Source of the DNA: Geosiphon pyriformis uo1
Taxonomy: Eukaryota > Fungi > Glomeromycota
Direction of reading: 5' to 3'
Length of the DNA stretch: 64,000 nt
Assembly: GCA_016748015.1 (NCBI GenBank)
Contig: JAAOMT010000200.1
Coordinates: 246,984-310,983 of the forward strand
This document shows, piece after piece, positions 10,905 through 25,600 of the stretch. The notes beneath the pieces are model-generated. The model did no database searches. It was given only the letters and a program-made list of their open reading frames with translations, and had not been told where the DNA came from. Numbering within the stretch: position 1 is the first letter of the stretch; each line of letters starts with the position of its first letter. Position numbers and translations under genes: made by a program.

Positions 10905-13825
10905 AAAAACTTTTTTCTCTACTATGTTTAAAATTCTCCAAAAAGCAATTTTTTAAAAAAGAAGTTTTTGTTTTTATTTTTCTAATAACATTATTTTTAA
11001 TATTTTTTAAGTTAATAATAATCTGTTTATAATAAACTTGAAAACTGTTTTAAATAGCAATATGTTTAAAAAAAAGACGTTCAAAAGTGCTTTTTATGAT
11101 TCTGTTAAAGATATTTTCTTTTAGGAAAAAAAGTATTTATAAGTAATATTAAATATTTTAATAAAAAAAAATCTTTTTGGTTAAATCTGGTCTTGGTAGT
11201 AGTATATATTTAAATATAAATAGTAATTTTAATAACAGTGAAATAAATAATATATTAATGAGTGTTAATAATAGTTTTTATTTTGGTTCAACTACAACAA
11301 TACCTAAAACTAAAAAAATTAATACCAATTTCGATTATAGTTCTTTTATTAATATACTTAACTATAAAATAAATAAAGATAAAAAACTTTTTTCTTCTTT
11401 TTTTGATATTTTTCTTGACAAAAAATAGATTAATCATAAGATAATAAAATTTAAATTAAAATAATTATCAAAAAATTTTTTGTATTAAATATTAATTTTT
11501 TAACTATAAAAAAAAATTGACAATAATTAAAACTCAAATTATTAAAAAATATTTTCTATAATCAATAGTTTTGGAAGGGCCATTACTTTTTCAAAATTTG
11601 AAAACATTATTAAATTAACATTTGCATTAGAAAAAAGCATAAAAAAACCACATTATTAACTCAAAAAAAGAGAATTATCATTGTTATCAGAGGTTTTTGG
11701 TCTCTTTTCTTAAATGTTGGTAATGTTAATTTGCTGTAAATTCATGTTTTCAGGAAGTAGTTGAACCTCCAGTAACTGAATTTATCTTCAAATTATCTTC
11801 TATAATTTGAACTGCTGGGCTTATAAGTGGAATGGCCAATTCCGTGCCAGTTGCTTCATATAATTATGTTGTAGTAAATGTCAACTCTTTCCCAGGAATT
11901 GCTTGTCTGGAAGCTTACTAAAATGTATAGTTACTTTGTTGTGAAAGTCAACTCTTCTACAGGAATCTTGTCTGTAGACTACCCTAATGATTATAATAAG
12001 AAAATAAAAGAAAAAAAATAAAAGAAATGTAAAAGAAATAGAATTTTGTCAAAGAAAACGTTTTCTATCCAGGCCTGGAGTCACTAACAGTTTACTGAAA
12101 TTGGTAGCTAATCAATTTCAAAACGTTAGTTGGGTTTTGGGGATTTTTTTCCAAGTGCAATAATTAAAGAATTTGGTTTTTTAAATTATTTGATATTTAT
12201 TTCTTTTTGTGTGTATAGAAATGGTTCTAAGTAATAAATCTAAATTAAGATACATTTTCTCGAAGAGAGAAGCTTTTCTTTTATACAACTTGTTGTAACA
12301 CTATTCTATGAACTTGAACTTTGCTATTTCCTATAATTTCACTGAACTAAAGATACATTTCGGTGAACTACAAGTTATTTCTGCGAACTATTAGATATTT
12401 CGGTGAACTATCAATTATTTCAGCGAATTTCTACAAATTTTGGTGAACTTTTTGAATGTTACATAGTTCGGGGTATTGCATGATTGATCATCACAATTAG
12501 GTTATATTTATGTTATGTGCAAATTGGATTATTAATTAAATGATAATTTCGGACATTTTGCTAAGTAATAATTTGAAATGATAATATATGCTAATTAATG
12601 ATAGGGATTATAAAGATAATTTCATGCTAAATAATATCTCTAATTTCGTTTGGTAACATCATAAACAACAATATTAAGAAACAAGAAATTATATTAAATT
12701 AGGCTGTAGTAATTAAAAAAATTTCTATGAATATGTTAAATAATTGTTGCAGCTTTCTTTAAGTTTGATTAAGTAATGTCAATCTAATTACAACTAATTG
12801 AGCTATAACAAAAGGCTGTAATAGAATTTGCTAAATTAATTTAAAACACTTTTATTTATTTTTTTTATGAAAATAACTGTTTATAATTTTGGTACTCTTT
12901 TAAAAAAAGCTGGTAAAAAAACTTGTATCATTAATTGATTATTTAAAACTGGTGATAGAGTTTATTGTACTGTAGTTGACTTCAAATCTGAAAAAAAATT
13001 GGAGTTAGCTTTTTATACAAAGCCAATTTTAAGTAATATTAAACTCTTTTAAACTAAGTTAAATCTGATTTATTGTAAAAAGTATGAGCATTTTGGATAT
13101 TTAATTTTAAAGTGTAATGTATTAAGTATATTTATTTCACTGTTTCTAAAAATTTATAAAGAAAAGTATTTTTATTTTATGTTTTACTGTTTTTTATAAC
13201 AAATTATAAGCTTAGATAGCTTTACTTGTTGTTTTTTTTAATGGTTTATGCTTTAATTCTGGTTTTAGATTTTCTTTTTTTGACACTCTGCATATTAATA
13301 AAGATCTTTCTATTGTTTAGAATGAATTATTTTATTGATGTTTGTTTAGTTTCTTTGAAGTACTCTTTAAAGCTTTTGGCTAATCAAATATCTAATATTG
13401 TATAAAAACTAAGCAATATAAATCTAGTACCTTTGATATTTGTTTCTTAATTTTTTTTCCCAATTGTTTCTATAATTTTGGATTTAGGTTTAGATTTGAA
13501 CATAATTTTAAATAATCTATTGGTATTGTTTCTTCTTTTTTCTTTAATAACAAAAGATAAAACTTTGAATTTAAGTTTGAGTAGCTTTAAAATTTTAACT
13601 ATTAAGATAAGTGGCCTAAAATCAAAGATAATAGCTCTTAAAACTTTTGTTGATTCAATTTTAATAAAGTTAGATCAGTTGTATGCTAGTTTAAATTCTT
13701 TAGTACATTTTTTTTCTTAATAAATGACTTAATTTAGAAGTTTGCTATATACAATATTCAAAATATCAATGTTTCTGCTAAGCAAAAAAAAATTGTTTGC
13801 TGGCATATAAATTTAAAAAATATGG
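10905..13825 (+). mobile_element. LINE-2w 5' part (5' UTR, ORF1 ~11062-13723, start of ORF2 EN), heavily A/T-degraded
   Basis: Same 5' terminal motif as 1244 and 49265; residual ORF1 motifs (INSFGRAITFSKFENII); ORF2 start KFAIYNIQNINVSAKQ. Confidence 0.8.
11682..12658 (-). repeat. Solo LTR, Gypsy family 2
   Basis: TGTTAT...GTAACA termini; perfect TSD TCAT (11678-11681 / 12659-12662); reverse complement matches the LTR after the PPT at 41911 and the segment ending at 45446. Confidence 0.92.
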
Positions 13826-16800
13826 TGTTATCAAAAATTTTTGGTCTCTTTTCTTGAATATTGTTAATATTTATTTGCTATTAATTCATAATTATTGAAA
13901 GTGAATAAATCTTTAATAATTGAATTTTATCTTCAAATTATTTTTTATAATTTGAATCACTAAGTTTATAAGTAAAATGGCCAATTCTATACCAAATTAA
14001 TCTTTATGTACAACTTTGGTTAGAATTTTATTATTAAGTTTTAACTTATATGATCTATTGCCTAAGATTTTATAAATATAAAATAGTCTATTTTATTTAT
14101 GTTTAAATTTTCTACTTCATTGTTTTTTAGCCTTAGTTTTATGTAAGAAAACTTTGTTTTCAACTTTGAATTTATTGGTAATTAGTGGTAATTTGTTGTT
14201 GTGTTATTTTTTTTGTTAAGTTTAAAAGTATTTAATATAAGTTGTTGCTATTCAAAAGATATGTATTTTAGTGTTTTATATGGTAGTAACACTAATAAAA
14301 TAAAAATATTTTATTTTTGCTCAAAATTAGTTGAGATTTTGGTTAGTAATTCATATAATATTTAGTTAAAACATTTTATTAATTTATTTGTTTAAGAATA
14401 ATAAGATAATAATAAAAGTCTTTTAATCTTAAATTGTTCACAAATTTCTTATATTAAGTTGTTTACAAAATGTGTTTTTTGATCAGATAAGAGTTCAATT
14501 GGGCATTTATATTGTTATAGATGATTATTTAAGATGTTGATACAAATAACAAATCTATAACTTGGTGCTCAATAGCTTGTTAATATTAGTAATATTTGAA
14601 AGTTTTTGTGATCTGAAGGTTTTTGTTGAGTTTTTTGTATAATAAACAGAAATTTAATAGTTGTTTAATACTTTTCTAAAAGCTTATTTCATGAATTTTT
14701 TTTTCAGCTTGGTGGCCAATTCTTCCTGGTAAGCTATTCTCAATTTCCGAATTTCTACTTTTGTTTTTCAAGTCTTTTACCAGTTCTACTTGACATTAAT
14801 AACTTCATGTATTAATCTTTTAATCAATTAGTAAACAACAAAACAAAATAAAAAAAAAATAAAAAAAAATAAAAAAAATAAGAAATTAATATTCTGTTAA
14901 TAGTTATAATCAAGAATTATTGGTCTAGTGTGATTAAGTGTTGGATTTTATCAACATAAAATATTGATAGAATGAAAATAATTAATATTTTTAATCAAAT
15001 AATAATAATATAAATTTGATAATAATAGATATTTTATTAATATGAAAATAATTTTACTTTAAGTTGTAGAAAACTACTTTTTAAAAGAAAAAGTATTGTT
15101 CTAAATTAATATAAACTCTATTTAAATTTTTTTGGAATTACTTTTTCTGTTTTTAATACTCTTACTATATATATATAATTTATGTTATATAAGATTCTTT
15201 GAATTCTTTTAATTTTTTTTCTCATATTTATCACAATATTTTAAGTTATAGAGAATTAGACAATGTTTACAGAGTTTTATATTTAATTGTTCTAAACATT
15301 GCTCTTGTTTTTCTTAAGTAAGTGCTAAATTTTTGTAGTAGAATGGTTTTTTTCTTGGTTTTGACAAGTATAAAATGTGCCAACCATTATTTGTTTTTTC
15401 TGTAGAAGTGCTAGCTTATAGTTTATTCTCTTTTTTTTTTTTTTTTTGTTATCCCAAGAAAGTATTGGTATTGGTTTGTTGTGTTTATCTTCAGCTCACA
15501 AAATTTAATAGGCTTTTTAGATAGGTTTTTTTTTTCAAACTTAATTAGTGGTAATTAGGTAGTAGTGCTTGTTTTAAAATAGCCACAGATAGCAAATACT
15601 TGAGTTTGCTAATTATCTTGACTAAGCTGTAGTTTTTGAGTGTTTTAGTTAAGCATAGCATTAGTTTTGAATAGCCAGTTATTATTAATAAAAGCTTAAT
15701 ATTGTGTGGCTTCTATTACCAACATTTTGATTGATGTGATAATGCCTTTGATTTTAAAAAAAAAGTTATCAATTTTGCCAATAAGAGTTTTTGTTATTTT
15801 ATTGGCTGTAATGATTCTGGTGTTGACAGTATGATCAACTTGATAACTTAGTTGGTTTATAAGTTGTCATATAATAATACTGTCTGCTAACTCATTATTA
15901 AGAATTAGCTTGATAGATTGGCCATAGACTTTGGCATTCATGTATATTATGGTAATTGGTTTGACATTAAGAGTAACTCTACTAAATAGAAGTGTTATTA
16001 TTAATTATTCTAATCCAAAAAGAAAGATGGCTGCAAGTAATTTATCTTTGGTAACTGTTGCTGGTAAAATATTGTTGGTAAGTAGTGTTGGATTGAATTC
16101 CAAGTTGTTAGATAGGTTGTTTTCTAAAATAACCAAAAGACTTAAATAGTTCTGAAAATTTAGGTTTTGGGTGTAACCACTTTTTGAATTCTACTGATAT
16201 GATCCTAATGGCTGATTTGATGAACTAGGGATTGGTTGATGCCTTATTATTACTAATTATCAGTCTTGTTAGATGAATGTAATTCTCAGTCTTTGATTTC
16301 TAGTTGTTATTTGAGCTAAATTTTGGGGTAATATTTGAATTGGTTGGATTTAATAAATTACTAGTGACTATAGTTAATAAATTACTTGTGACTGTAATTG
16401 ATAGATTACTGGTACTGAAATTTAATAAACTGGAGGTATATATATTGGTTGTTGTATTATTGAAATATAATAAGACTAGTATTAATATTGATCTTGATTT
16501 AGAGTGTAATTTGGAGTTTAAAATCTGCAATCAGAGTTTTAATATTGATTTTTCAATTGTTGGTTATTAAATCTAGAGTGGCAATTTGCTTTTAGATAGT
16601 CTTGTTTACTACAATAGTAATAATTATACATTTTTTATTGTCATGGTTAATTTGCTAATAATAAATGCAATTAATTTTGGAAACAATTGAAGTTTCCTTG
16701 ATTGTCAATATTGTAAAAGCTGATAAATTATTTGATTGCTAGCTAAGTATCTCTCTAATTTCTGGTTAATGTTAGTATTAGTTCTGTGTTGAATTATACT

Positions 16801-19615
16801 TTACAGAAAGCACCAAATGTTACAGGTAATTATTTGAAGTGTTAGTATAAATAACAAATTTGTAACTTGGTGCTTAATAGCTTGTTAATATTAGTAATAT
16901 CTGAAAGTTTTAATGATTTGAAGATTTTTGTTTAGTTTTTTGTATAATAGACAGAGATTTAATGATTATTTAGTACTTTCTTGAAAGCTTATTTCATGAA
17001 TTTTTCTCAGCTTGGTGGCTGGTTTTTTCTAATAAGCTATTCTCAATTTTCGAGTTTCTACCTTTGTTTTTTAGGTTTTTTACCAATTTTTTTTGATATC
17101 AATAATTCTGTGTGTTAATTTTTTAATTAATAAATAAACAATAAAATGAAACAAAAATAAAATAAAATAAAATAAAATAAAAATAATAAATAAAAATGAA
17201 AAGAAAATAAAAAATTAGTATCTTGTCAATAGTTATAATCAAGAGCTATTAGTTTAATATGGTCAAGTATTGGATTCTATTAACATAAAGTATTGATTAA
17301 GTGGAAGTAATTAATATTCTTAATCAAGTAATAATAATATAAATTTGATAATAATAGATAATTTTATTAATATAAAAATGATTTCACTTTAAGTTGTAGA
17401 AAACTATCTTTTAAAGAAAGAGGTATTGTTTTAAATTAATATAAACTCTATTTGAATTCTTTTGGAATTATTTTTTTTGCTTTTAATATTCTTACTATAT
17501 ATATATAATTTATGTTATATAAGATTCTTTGGATTCTTTTAATTTCTCTAACCAGAAATCTTGTAATTTCTTAAGAAAAATTCTGAAAAACCTCTTTTAC
17601 TATGCTTATTTTTAATTGGCTATTTTATATCCTTATTAAGAATTCTTAAATTTCTATGAGTAACAATGTTTACAAATGATGTCTTTATAGATAAAATTTG
17701 TTACTGATTTTGCACCTGCTTTTTGAATAACTTTGACTTTAGGTCATTTGGTAAGATAATCTATTACAACTATAATATAATAATTTTCTTGAATTGTAAT
17801 AAATAGTAATCTGATTAAATTAATTTCTATTCTGTTAAAAAATTGTCTAACTTTAATTGAATTTAAAAGTTTAGTTAAACAAGTTTTTTTTTTAATAACT
17901 ATTACATAATTTTATATATTGTCAAATATTTTGATATATTTATAACCAAAAATAATATTCAAAAGTTTTTTAAATTGTACTATTTATTCCTAAGTGTGCT
18001 GATAAAAAATCTGTGTATATGTTGTATAGAATGGTTTTTTTTTATTTTGTTGAACTAATCTGAGTAAATTTGTTAGATTTTTGCGATTTTGATAATAAAT
18101 TTTATTGTGATGAATAAAGTATTGCTTTGCTTGGTTTTGTAATTGGTGTTTTTTAATTGAAAACCAATTTTCTGATATGTTAAAAATCTTCAAATAGTTT
18201 TTAATATTGTTGTAGTTTTCAGAATCTATTGTTACTAATTTGTTTGTTGAATTGTTGAGTTGTTAATATAAGTTCTAATCTTGTCTTATTTTAAAAAAAT
18301 TATTAATATTTGTGTGTAATTTTTCTAGTTTATAGTGCATAATATATTTGTAATTGGCTAAAAAACTAGTCTATTGATTGCTTTTTACTAAGTTCAGAGC
18401 TTTTTTTGTTGAGCTATTTAAAGCTGATATTATTAGTAATAATATCAAATTGGAATTCATTTCTGAAATATTGTTGAAAGTATTTAAAAACCCAAATAAT
18501 GGCTGCTGTTTATAATTTAGTTGAGTCATATTTGAATTCTGTTAGTTTGAGTGTTTTACTGGCATATACAATTACTTACTTATTGTTATTGTTATCCAAT
18601 TGTAATAAAATAATACTAAAAACTATATATAAAGCATTAGTGGTTAAGTAAAACTATTTGTTAAAGTCTGAATAAACAAAAACTGAAGCTGTTGTCAATT
18701 TTATTTTGAAAGTTTCAAATGTTTTTTGCTGTTTATTGATTTATTAATATGATATGGTTTTATTAATTAAATAGTTAAAAAGTTTTATAATTTCAGAAAA
18801 TCCTTTGATAAATTTCTGATAGTAAGAAATTAATTCAATAAATCTTTTTAATTCTGTAGTATTTTAAAGAATTTGGAAATTTTTAACAGCATTAATTATT
18901 ACTAGATTTGGTTGAACTCCATTTTTGCTAATAATATGTTCTAAGAAGATTAGGTTTGTTTTTTTGAAGTGATATTTCTTAATATTTAGCTTTGATCTTA
19001 TTTCTTGTAATTGTTAAAATACTTCTTGCAAATAGATAAAATAAGCTTTAAAAATTAAAGAATAGACATCAATATTGTCAAGATAAACAACTACTGATTG
19101 TTATAGAAGTCTTTTATAAACAATATCTATTAATTATTAGAATATTATTAGTGTATTGCAAAGTCTAAAAACATAATATTGAATTTGTAGTTTTTTTTTT
19201 GTGTGGTAAATACTGTTTTGAAGTGGTTCTTAGAATTTATTTTAACTTGCCAATATCTATTTTTCAAGTCTAAAGTTGAGAAAAATTTGGCTTTTCTAAG
19301 AGTATCTAGCATATTGTCAATTCTTGAAAGAAGGTATATATTTCTAATTATCATATTGTTGAGTTGTTAATAATCTACACAGAATTTAATCTTGCTATTT
19401 TTTTTGACCAGAACTACAGATAAGACCCAAGAACTTTTTAATGATTAGATAAGACTATTGTTAAGTATCTATTGTACTTTTTCTCTAATAAATTAGTGGC
19501 TGGCAGATAGGACTTAATAAGCTTATTGGCATTTTGGTAGAGCATCTCTTGTGTAAATTTGATATTGTATAATGTTAGTTTTTTCAAGATTATTGTTGTT
19601 TTTGGCAAATATATT
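13826..19615 (-). mobile_element. Gypsy family 2 element D, 3' half (RT, RNase H, IN, truncated 3' LTR 13826-~13996), interrupted by element C
   Basis: Minus-strand motifs KFCVDY, FSTLDLKNRYWQV, VYLDNIDVYS, IICKH|..CPIELLSDQKTHFVN; highly similar to 28230-29920 and 39960-40920 in opposite orientation. Confidence 0.85.
14513..17665 (-). mobile_element. Gypsy family 1 element C, internally deleted non-autonomous copy (5' LTR 16818-17665, PBS, late gag-PR, partial 3' LTR 14513-~15222)
   Basis: Two direct LTR copies; PBS at ~16800-16817; TSD ATAT/ATGT splits the integrase of D; lacks dUTPase, RT and IN. Confidence 0.85.
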
Positions 19616-22600
19616 GGTAATGACTAACTGTTTAAGACCAATATCATATTTAACTAGACTATGCAAAAGCTACAGCTCAATTAAAATAATTAGCAAACTT
19701 AGATACCTGCTATTTGTAAACACTTCAAAGCTCTTTCAAGAGAGCAATCATTGATTTAATTGAAAAAAAAGAAAAAAAAACTTACTTGAAAAGTCTATCA
19801 AGTTTTATAGACTGAAAATAAGTACACAAATTACTGCTGATACTTTCTTGGAACAATAAAAAAAAAAAAAAAGAAAAAGATAAACCAAAAACCACCACAG
19901 CCACCAAAAAAATAACCAGCAGATGAAATCAATTCTACTCTATAGACACAAAAAAAAATCATCATATATTCTACTGAGATGTATTAACTATAATAAAAAG
20001 CTTTTTTTTATAAAAGCTTGAATTTTATTTAAAGAAAACTATTAAACACACATATATTACTACTATAAACTATGTCATCAAGAACATTTTAACTACCTTA
20101 AATGACAAAAAAAGTGAAACAATAAACCATGTTTTGTTTGTAGAAAAATGTTATTTGATGAAGAAATATAAAATAACATTTTTGGTTGAAGAGAAATATA
20201 CAACACATCATATTAATAAACAATTCTTATAAGTAATTGGGTGAATCAAAAAATATCTTTCAATATTATATGAAACCAAGCATTTTTATGCTTAAACAAC
20301 TACCCACACAACAAAGACAAAATCTGATAAATAACAAGTGTCAAAATCAAAAACACTTTGTTCAATAAAATATTAATCATCAAAAACAATTCACCAAAAC
20401 CTGTTGAGACTATTTTTATTTCCAATTCAAATACATTTATCAATATTCTAAACAATTCAGAACAGTTTCATAAATATTACCAAGATCTAGTACCAACTAA
20501 AAAAGAGCAAAAGTAGTATTTGAAATAGTTAAATATAAAATTCTGTAAATATTGTTTAATTTCCAGTAACTTCAAATATTGTAATAATTGTAATTTTATC
20601 TACAATCTATCACCACACATAATTTATTTGATCTTTGAAGAAAAAAAACTAATCAGCAAATGTGTATTGGAATCAAAATCAAAATCCAATTACAATTTAA
20701 ATTTTAATGATAATAACAACAACAGTTTTAACTTTATTTATAATGGCAACAATAATAACAACAATTTAAACTTTAATTACAACCTTGAACAATATATTAT
20801 GCTCTCAGATTTTTTATTGAAGCAGAAACTTAAATAATTTAGCAATAATAATGAAAATATTATGCCAGAATATGCATATAATATCAATATAGAATTTGAT
20901 TTAAGATATCCAGAAAAAACTGCCATCAGATTGAAATCTCATTTATGTACCAATATAGATCTAAAAATAGCACTGAAAATTTTGGCAATAACAATAGTTT
21001 AATTAGTTTTTAAATCTAGTTTAGTAAAAAAAAAGATTAATATTAGAGAAAGAATAATTGATGTAAAATATATAGAAAATAGCAATGTAATACTACAAAA
21101 TGACTCAGAAAAAAAATATAATTAAACCAAATAAAAAAATAGCACAGACAATATTTCTGTCTTTGATTAAAATAGCTTAGTTATTATTAGTAAAAACAAA
21201 AAAAAAGTTAGAGATTACAGCAAAAGAAATAAAAAAATTCGAATTTATGAATAAAATAGAAATATCAGTCAATATGACAGAAAAAAAAACAATTGATAAG
21301 GAAGAAATTATCTTTATCCATTAATTAATTTCTATTTTATTATATAACCAGTATATATTAGTTATAGAAAAGAAGATAAAAGATCAACTTCAGATTTTTG
21401 AAGCTAAAGAAAACATTTGTGAATTAGGAGAGATTAGTATTATTAATCTTTATATACCAGTCAAGAACCACAAACACATTAAAATCTTAATATACAACAC
21501 AATTAGAGATCTCATAAAAATATCAAATAGAACTACTATTAAATACTTAAGTGCTAAAATTGAAAACCAACCACCAACCACTATTTTAGACTTTCCAAAA
21601 CTGTGTAAATATGTGAATATTATATTACAAACAATCTATGAACAAGAAAAGTGTTATTTGTTACAATTCAAACAATTAGAACAAATAAACTTGGGAAATT
21701 TAGACCTATTTTAACAAATATAATTCAAAATAGTACTTAACAATTTTACTGACATTTTTGCCAGTAAAAATGAATTTAGCAGAACTAATATCATTCAACA
21801 CCAAATCAAAACTAAAGATGCAATACCAATTAAACAAAAAACATACAAAGTACTACTTATTAACCATAAGATAATTAGACAAGAAATCAACCAAATATTG
21901 AACAACAGATTAATTCAATTATTAATAAGCCTATGGTTATTACTAGTAGTACTTGTTTATAAAAAGAATAGAAAGATTCACTTTTGTGTAGACTATTAAA
22001 AACTCAATAGTATTACTCATGGAAACAGCTATCTGACTTCATGAATTCAGAAATTATTTAATGTTTTCAAAAAAAAGAAATGGTTTTCAATATTAAACTT
22101 AAATAGTAATTATTGACAAGTAATCATAAATCTAGTTAACAAAAAGAAAACAGCATTTACTATCAGAAAAGAGAACTTTAAATTTAATGTTATACTATTT
22201 AGCTTAATCAATACTTTAACCATTTTTCAATAACTTATGAATATTGTATATACTAAATTGCTATAAAAATCAGTAGTGGTTTACTTAAATAACACCAATA
22301 TGTTTTCAGAAACATTTGACAATTATTTTTATTATTTCTAACAAGTGTTTAAAAAATTAAAAAGAGCTGAATTAAAGTTGAATGCAATCAAATACTTCTT
22401 TGGCAAAACAAAACTCAAGTTTGGAATATGTCATAAGCAAAAACAGCATTAAAACAAATTTAAACAAAATTGAAATAGTTAAGAACTTTTTAATATCAAC
22501 AAACTTGATGAAATTAAGAACATTTTTGGAATTTGCTGAATACTATTATCACTTTATCCAAAACTTTTCCAAACTGGCTCAACTATTTTACCAGTTACAA

Positions 22601-25600
22601 ACAAAGAATATTAAATATGAATGAACTGAAATCCAACAAGAAGCTTTTAACATCTTAAAAAGAAAACTTATTCAAGTTTTAATACTGATCTATTCAAATT
22701 ACAACAAGCCATTTATCATTATTACCAATGTATTCAATCAAACATTAGGAGCTGTATTGTCACAAAAAAAAGCAGATAGACAAGAACATTCAATAACATA
22801 TACCAGCCAAAGTTTAAGTTCAACTAAAAAAAACTGGAACTTTAGCATTAAAATAAAAAGAATATTTAAGTCAAAAGTTTAATGTATATACTTATTACAA
22901 AGAATTGACATCAATTCAAAAGCAAAAATTTGAAGATAATTGTTATGCAAGATAGAAAATAGAACTATTACTATTTAATTATACAATATATTATAAAAAT
23001 AAAAAAAAAACAGAAATACTGACAGTTTGTAACAAATGAAATAAATCTAAAAACATTTTAATCCAAAAATATAACAAAAAATGAACACACAAAAATATTA
23101 ACAATTTCAACATTATATCTATACTTAACAGTTCAAGAAGAAATTATCTCAAAAAGAACAAAACAACATAAAACAACAATTAAAATATTTTATCACTTAC
23201 TAAGATATACTATATTAGAAAAACAGAAAATATCCAGATCAGTCACTTAAAGTAATCACAGAACCAAAAAAAAACAATATTGTTTAATATGTATTCAAAT
23301 CTAACAGTAGGATATTTTTATAAAGAAATAATTATAAAAAAAACCAAAAAAAAATACTATTGGCCATTTATATATCCAGATATTATTTAATATATTCAAA
23401 ATTGTAATACTTGTTAAAAAAGAAAAAAAACCAGATTCAGTAAACTGTTAAAATTAATTAAAGTAAAACAATCATTTAATTAAATTAAAATTGACTTAGT
23501 CAAATCATTAACAATAACCAGCAAAAACAATTAATATATAGCAGTAGTCATAAAATATTTTATAAAATGGCCAGAAGCAAAAACAATTCAAAAAACAGGT
23601 GCAAAATTTATAGCTGAATTCATATACCAAAATTAGATTTGTCAACATAGATGTTTAAAAAAATTATTATCAGATCAAAAAACTTACTTTGTGAATAAAA
23701 TATTAACAGAATTAAGTTAAATAAATGGAATTAAGAGACTATTATTATTACCATATCATTTACAAACAAATAACTTAGTCAAAAAGTTTAATAAAACATT
23801 ATATAAAGCAATAAGCAAGATTAGCCAAAAAAATCAAAACAAATAAAATCTGTTTATACTATTGGTATTATTTGTTTATTAGACAATAAAGCAAGATACT
23901 ACACAAGCAACACTATTTGAACTTATTTATAGTAGAACAACAATATTACCAGTTAAGATAAATATCAATATATATCTAACAGAACCAATAACAAAAGTCA
24001 ACTTCCAAAGAAATTACTAAAAAAAACATATAACTTAATGAAAACATTAGAAAACAAAAAGTAAAAAGCAGCTAAAAACATCTAAGTCACAAACAAAACA
24101 AAAAAAATAATATAATAACCAATTATCAGATAAATTAATTAAATTCAGGATTAAAAACAAAGTACTTTTGCATTTTATTAAAGCAAAAAAACAATAAAAT
24201 AGAAAATTTGATTCCAAATGGAATGGACTATTTTATATTAAAAAAATTCTAAAAAATAGAACTTATAAATTAAGATAGAACAACAAAATCTTAGCTAAAG
24301 CAGCATATAAAAATTAATTGAAACCATATTACAATATAGTATTATTATCCACCAGTAATATTTTACAACTAGAAATACAATAAATATTAATTCAATTAGA
24401 TAAGATTCCATGAGACTTAGAACCAATTATAATCATTAACACAAACACATCAAATTAATCTACAAAAATAATATATAAAACACAATATATACAACAAAAA
24501 CAACAATAAAAAAATAAAAATTCCAAACTACATCTATATAATAGCTTAATAATTATTTCAGACCATAAGTTAACAACAATTAGATATAAAAATTATTATC
24601 AATCACCAAACAATTTGTTATTAAAACACCAAAAGAAAAACAAAAACAAAAATTACTCCATATTAGTAATCATAGAACCAAACAAAGTACTGGTTAAATA
24701 AAGTCATAGAAAAAGTAAAGAACACTTTTGGGAAAATGCCAATAATAATTTTAATAGAAGAGCTAACTAAAAAAACTGGAAGCTATAAATAAAACAACTT
24801 TCAGTATTATATTGTTATTATTAGTTAAGAAAAAAGCTAAATATCTAAAAATTATATATTAATAAATCCAAAAAAATATTTAATCAGAAAATAGTACAAT
24901 AAATTAAAGATTTTATTGAAAAGAAAACAAATTCTATACTATATATCAAAACAATTTACTAATTATACACTATATTTTAAAACTATTTAGAAATACTATT
25001 ATATTAAAAAATAGAAATAATAACTGTTAACCAGTGGAAAAAAATAAACAATTCTCAATATAAAAAAATAAAAAACAGAATTGAACAAACAATATTATAA
25101 AAAAAAATAATGAACTTAATTTAAAATAAAAATTTTAATAGAGCTTAATATTAAAGAAGGAGATAATATTACTTATAGAAAAGTACAAGATAGAAAATAA
25201 AAAAAACAGATAAAAAAATAGACCAATAAAAGAATAAAATTTAGTAAGTAAGTACAATATTAAAAATAATAACACATTGCTTAATAATAAGCATATTATT
25301 AATAAATTATGGCACATTGTTCAGCAATAAACACATTGTTAAAAAATCATAGCATATTGCTTAATAATAAGCATATTGTTAAAGAAAATAAAGCATATTG
25401 TTCAAGAAAATATGAGATTTCATATAACAAAAATTATGTATATATAGTAAGAAAGTTAAAAACAGAAAAGACAGAATTAATTGAGACAAATCAGTTATAA
25501 CTTATTAATTATTCAATATCTTTTCTTTTAAAAAGTAGTTTTTTATAACTTAAAATAGAATTAAACTACATATCAATAAAATATTAATTATTACTTGAAT

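Noticed and set aside
17930-18240. D and E as a recent inverted segmental duplication
   Set aside because: They carry different nested insertions and different flanks; two insertions of one family with convergent transitions explain the similarity
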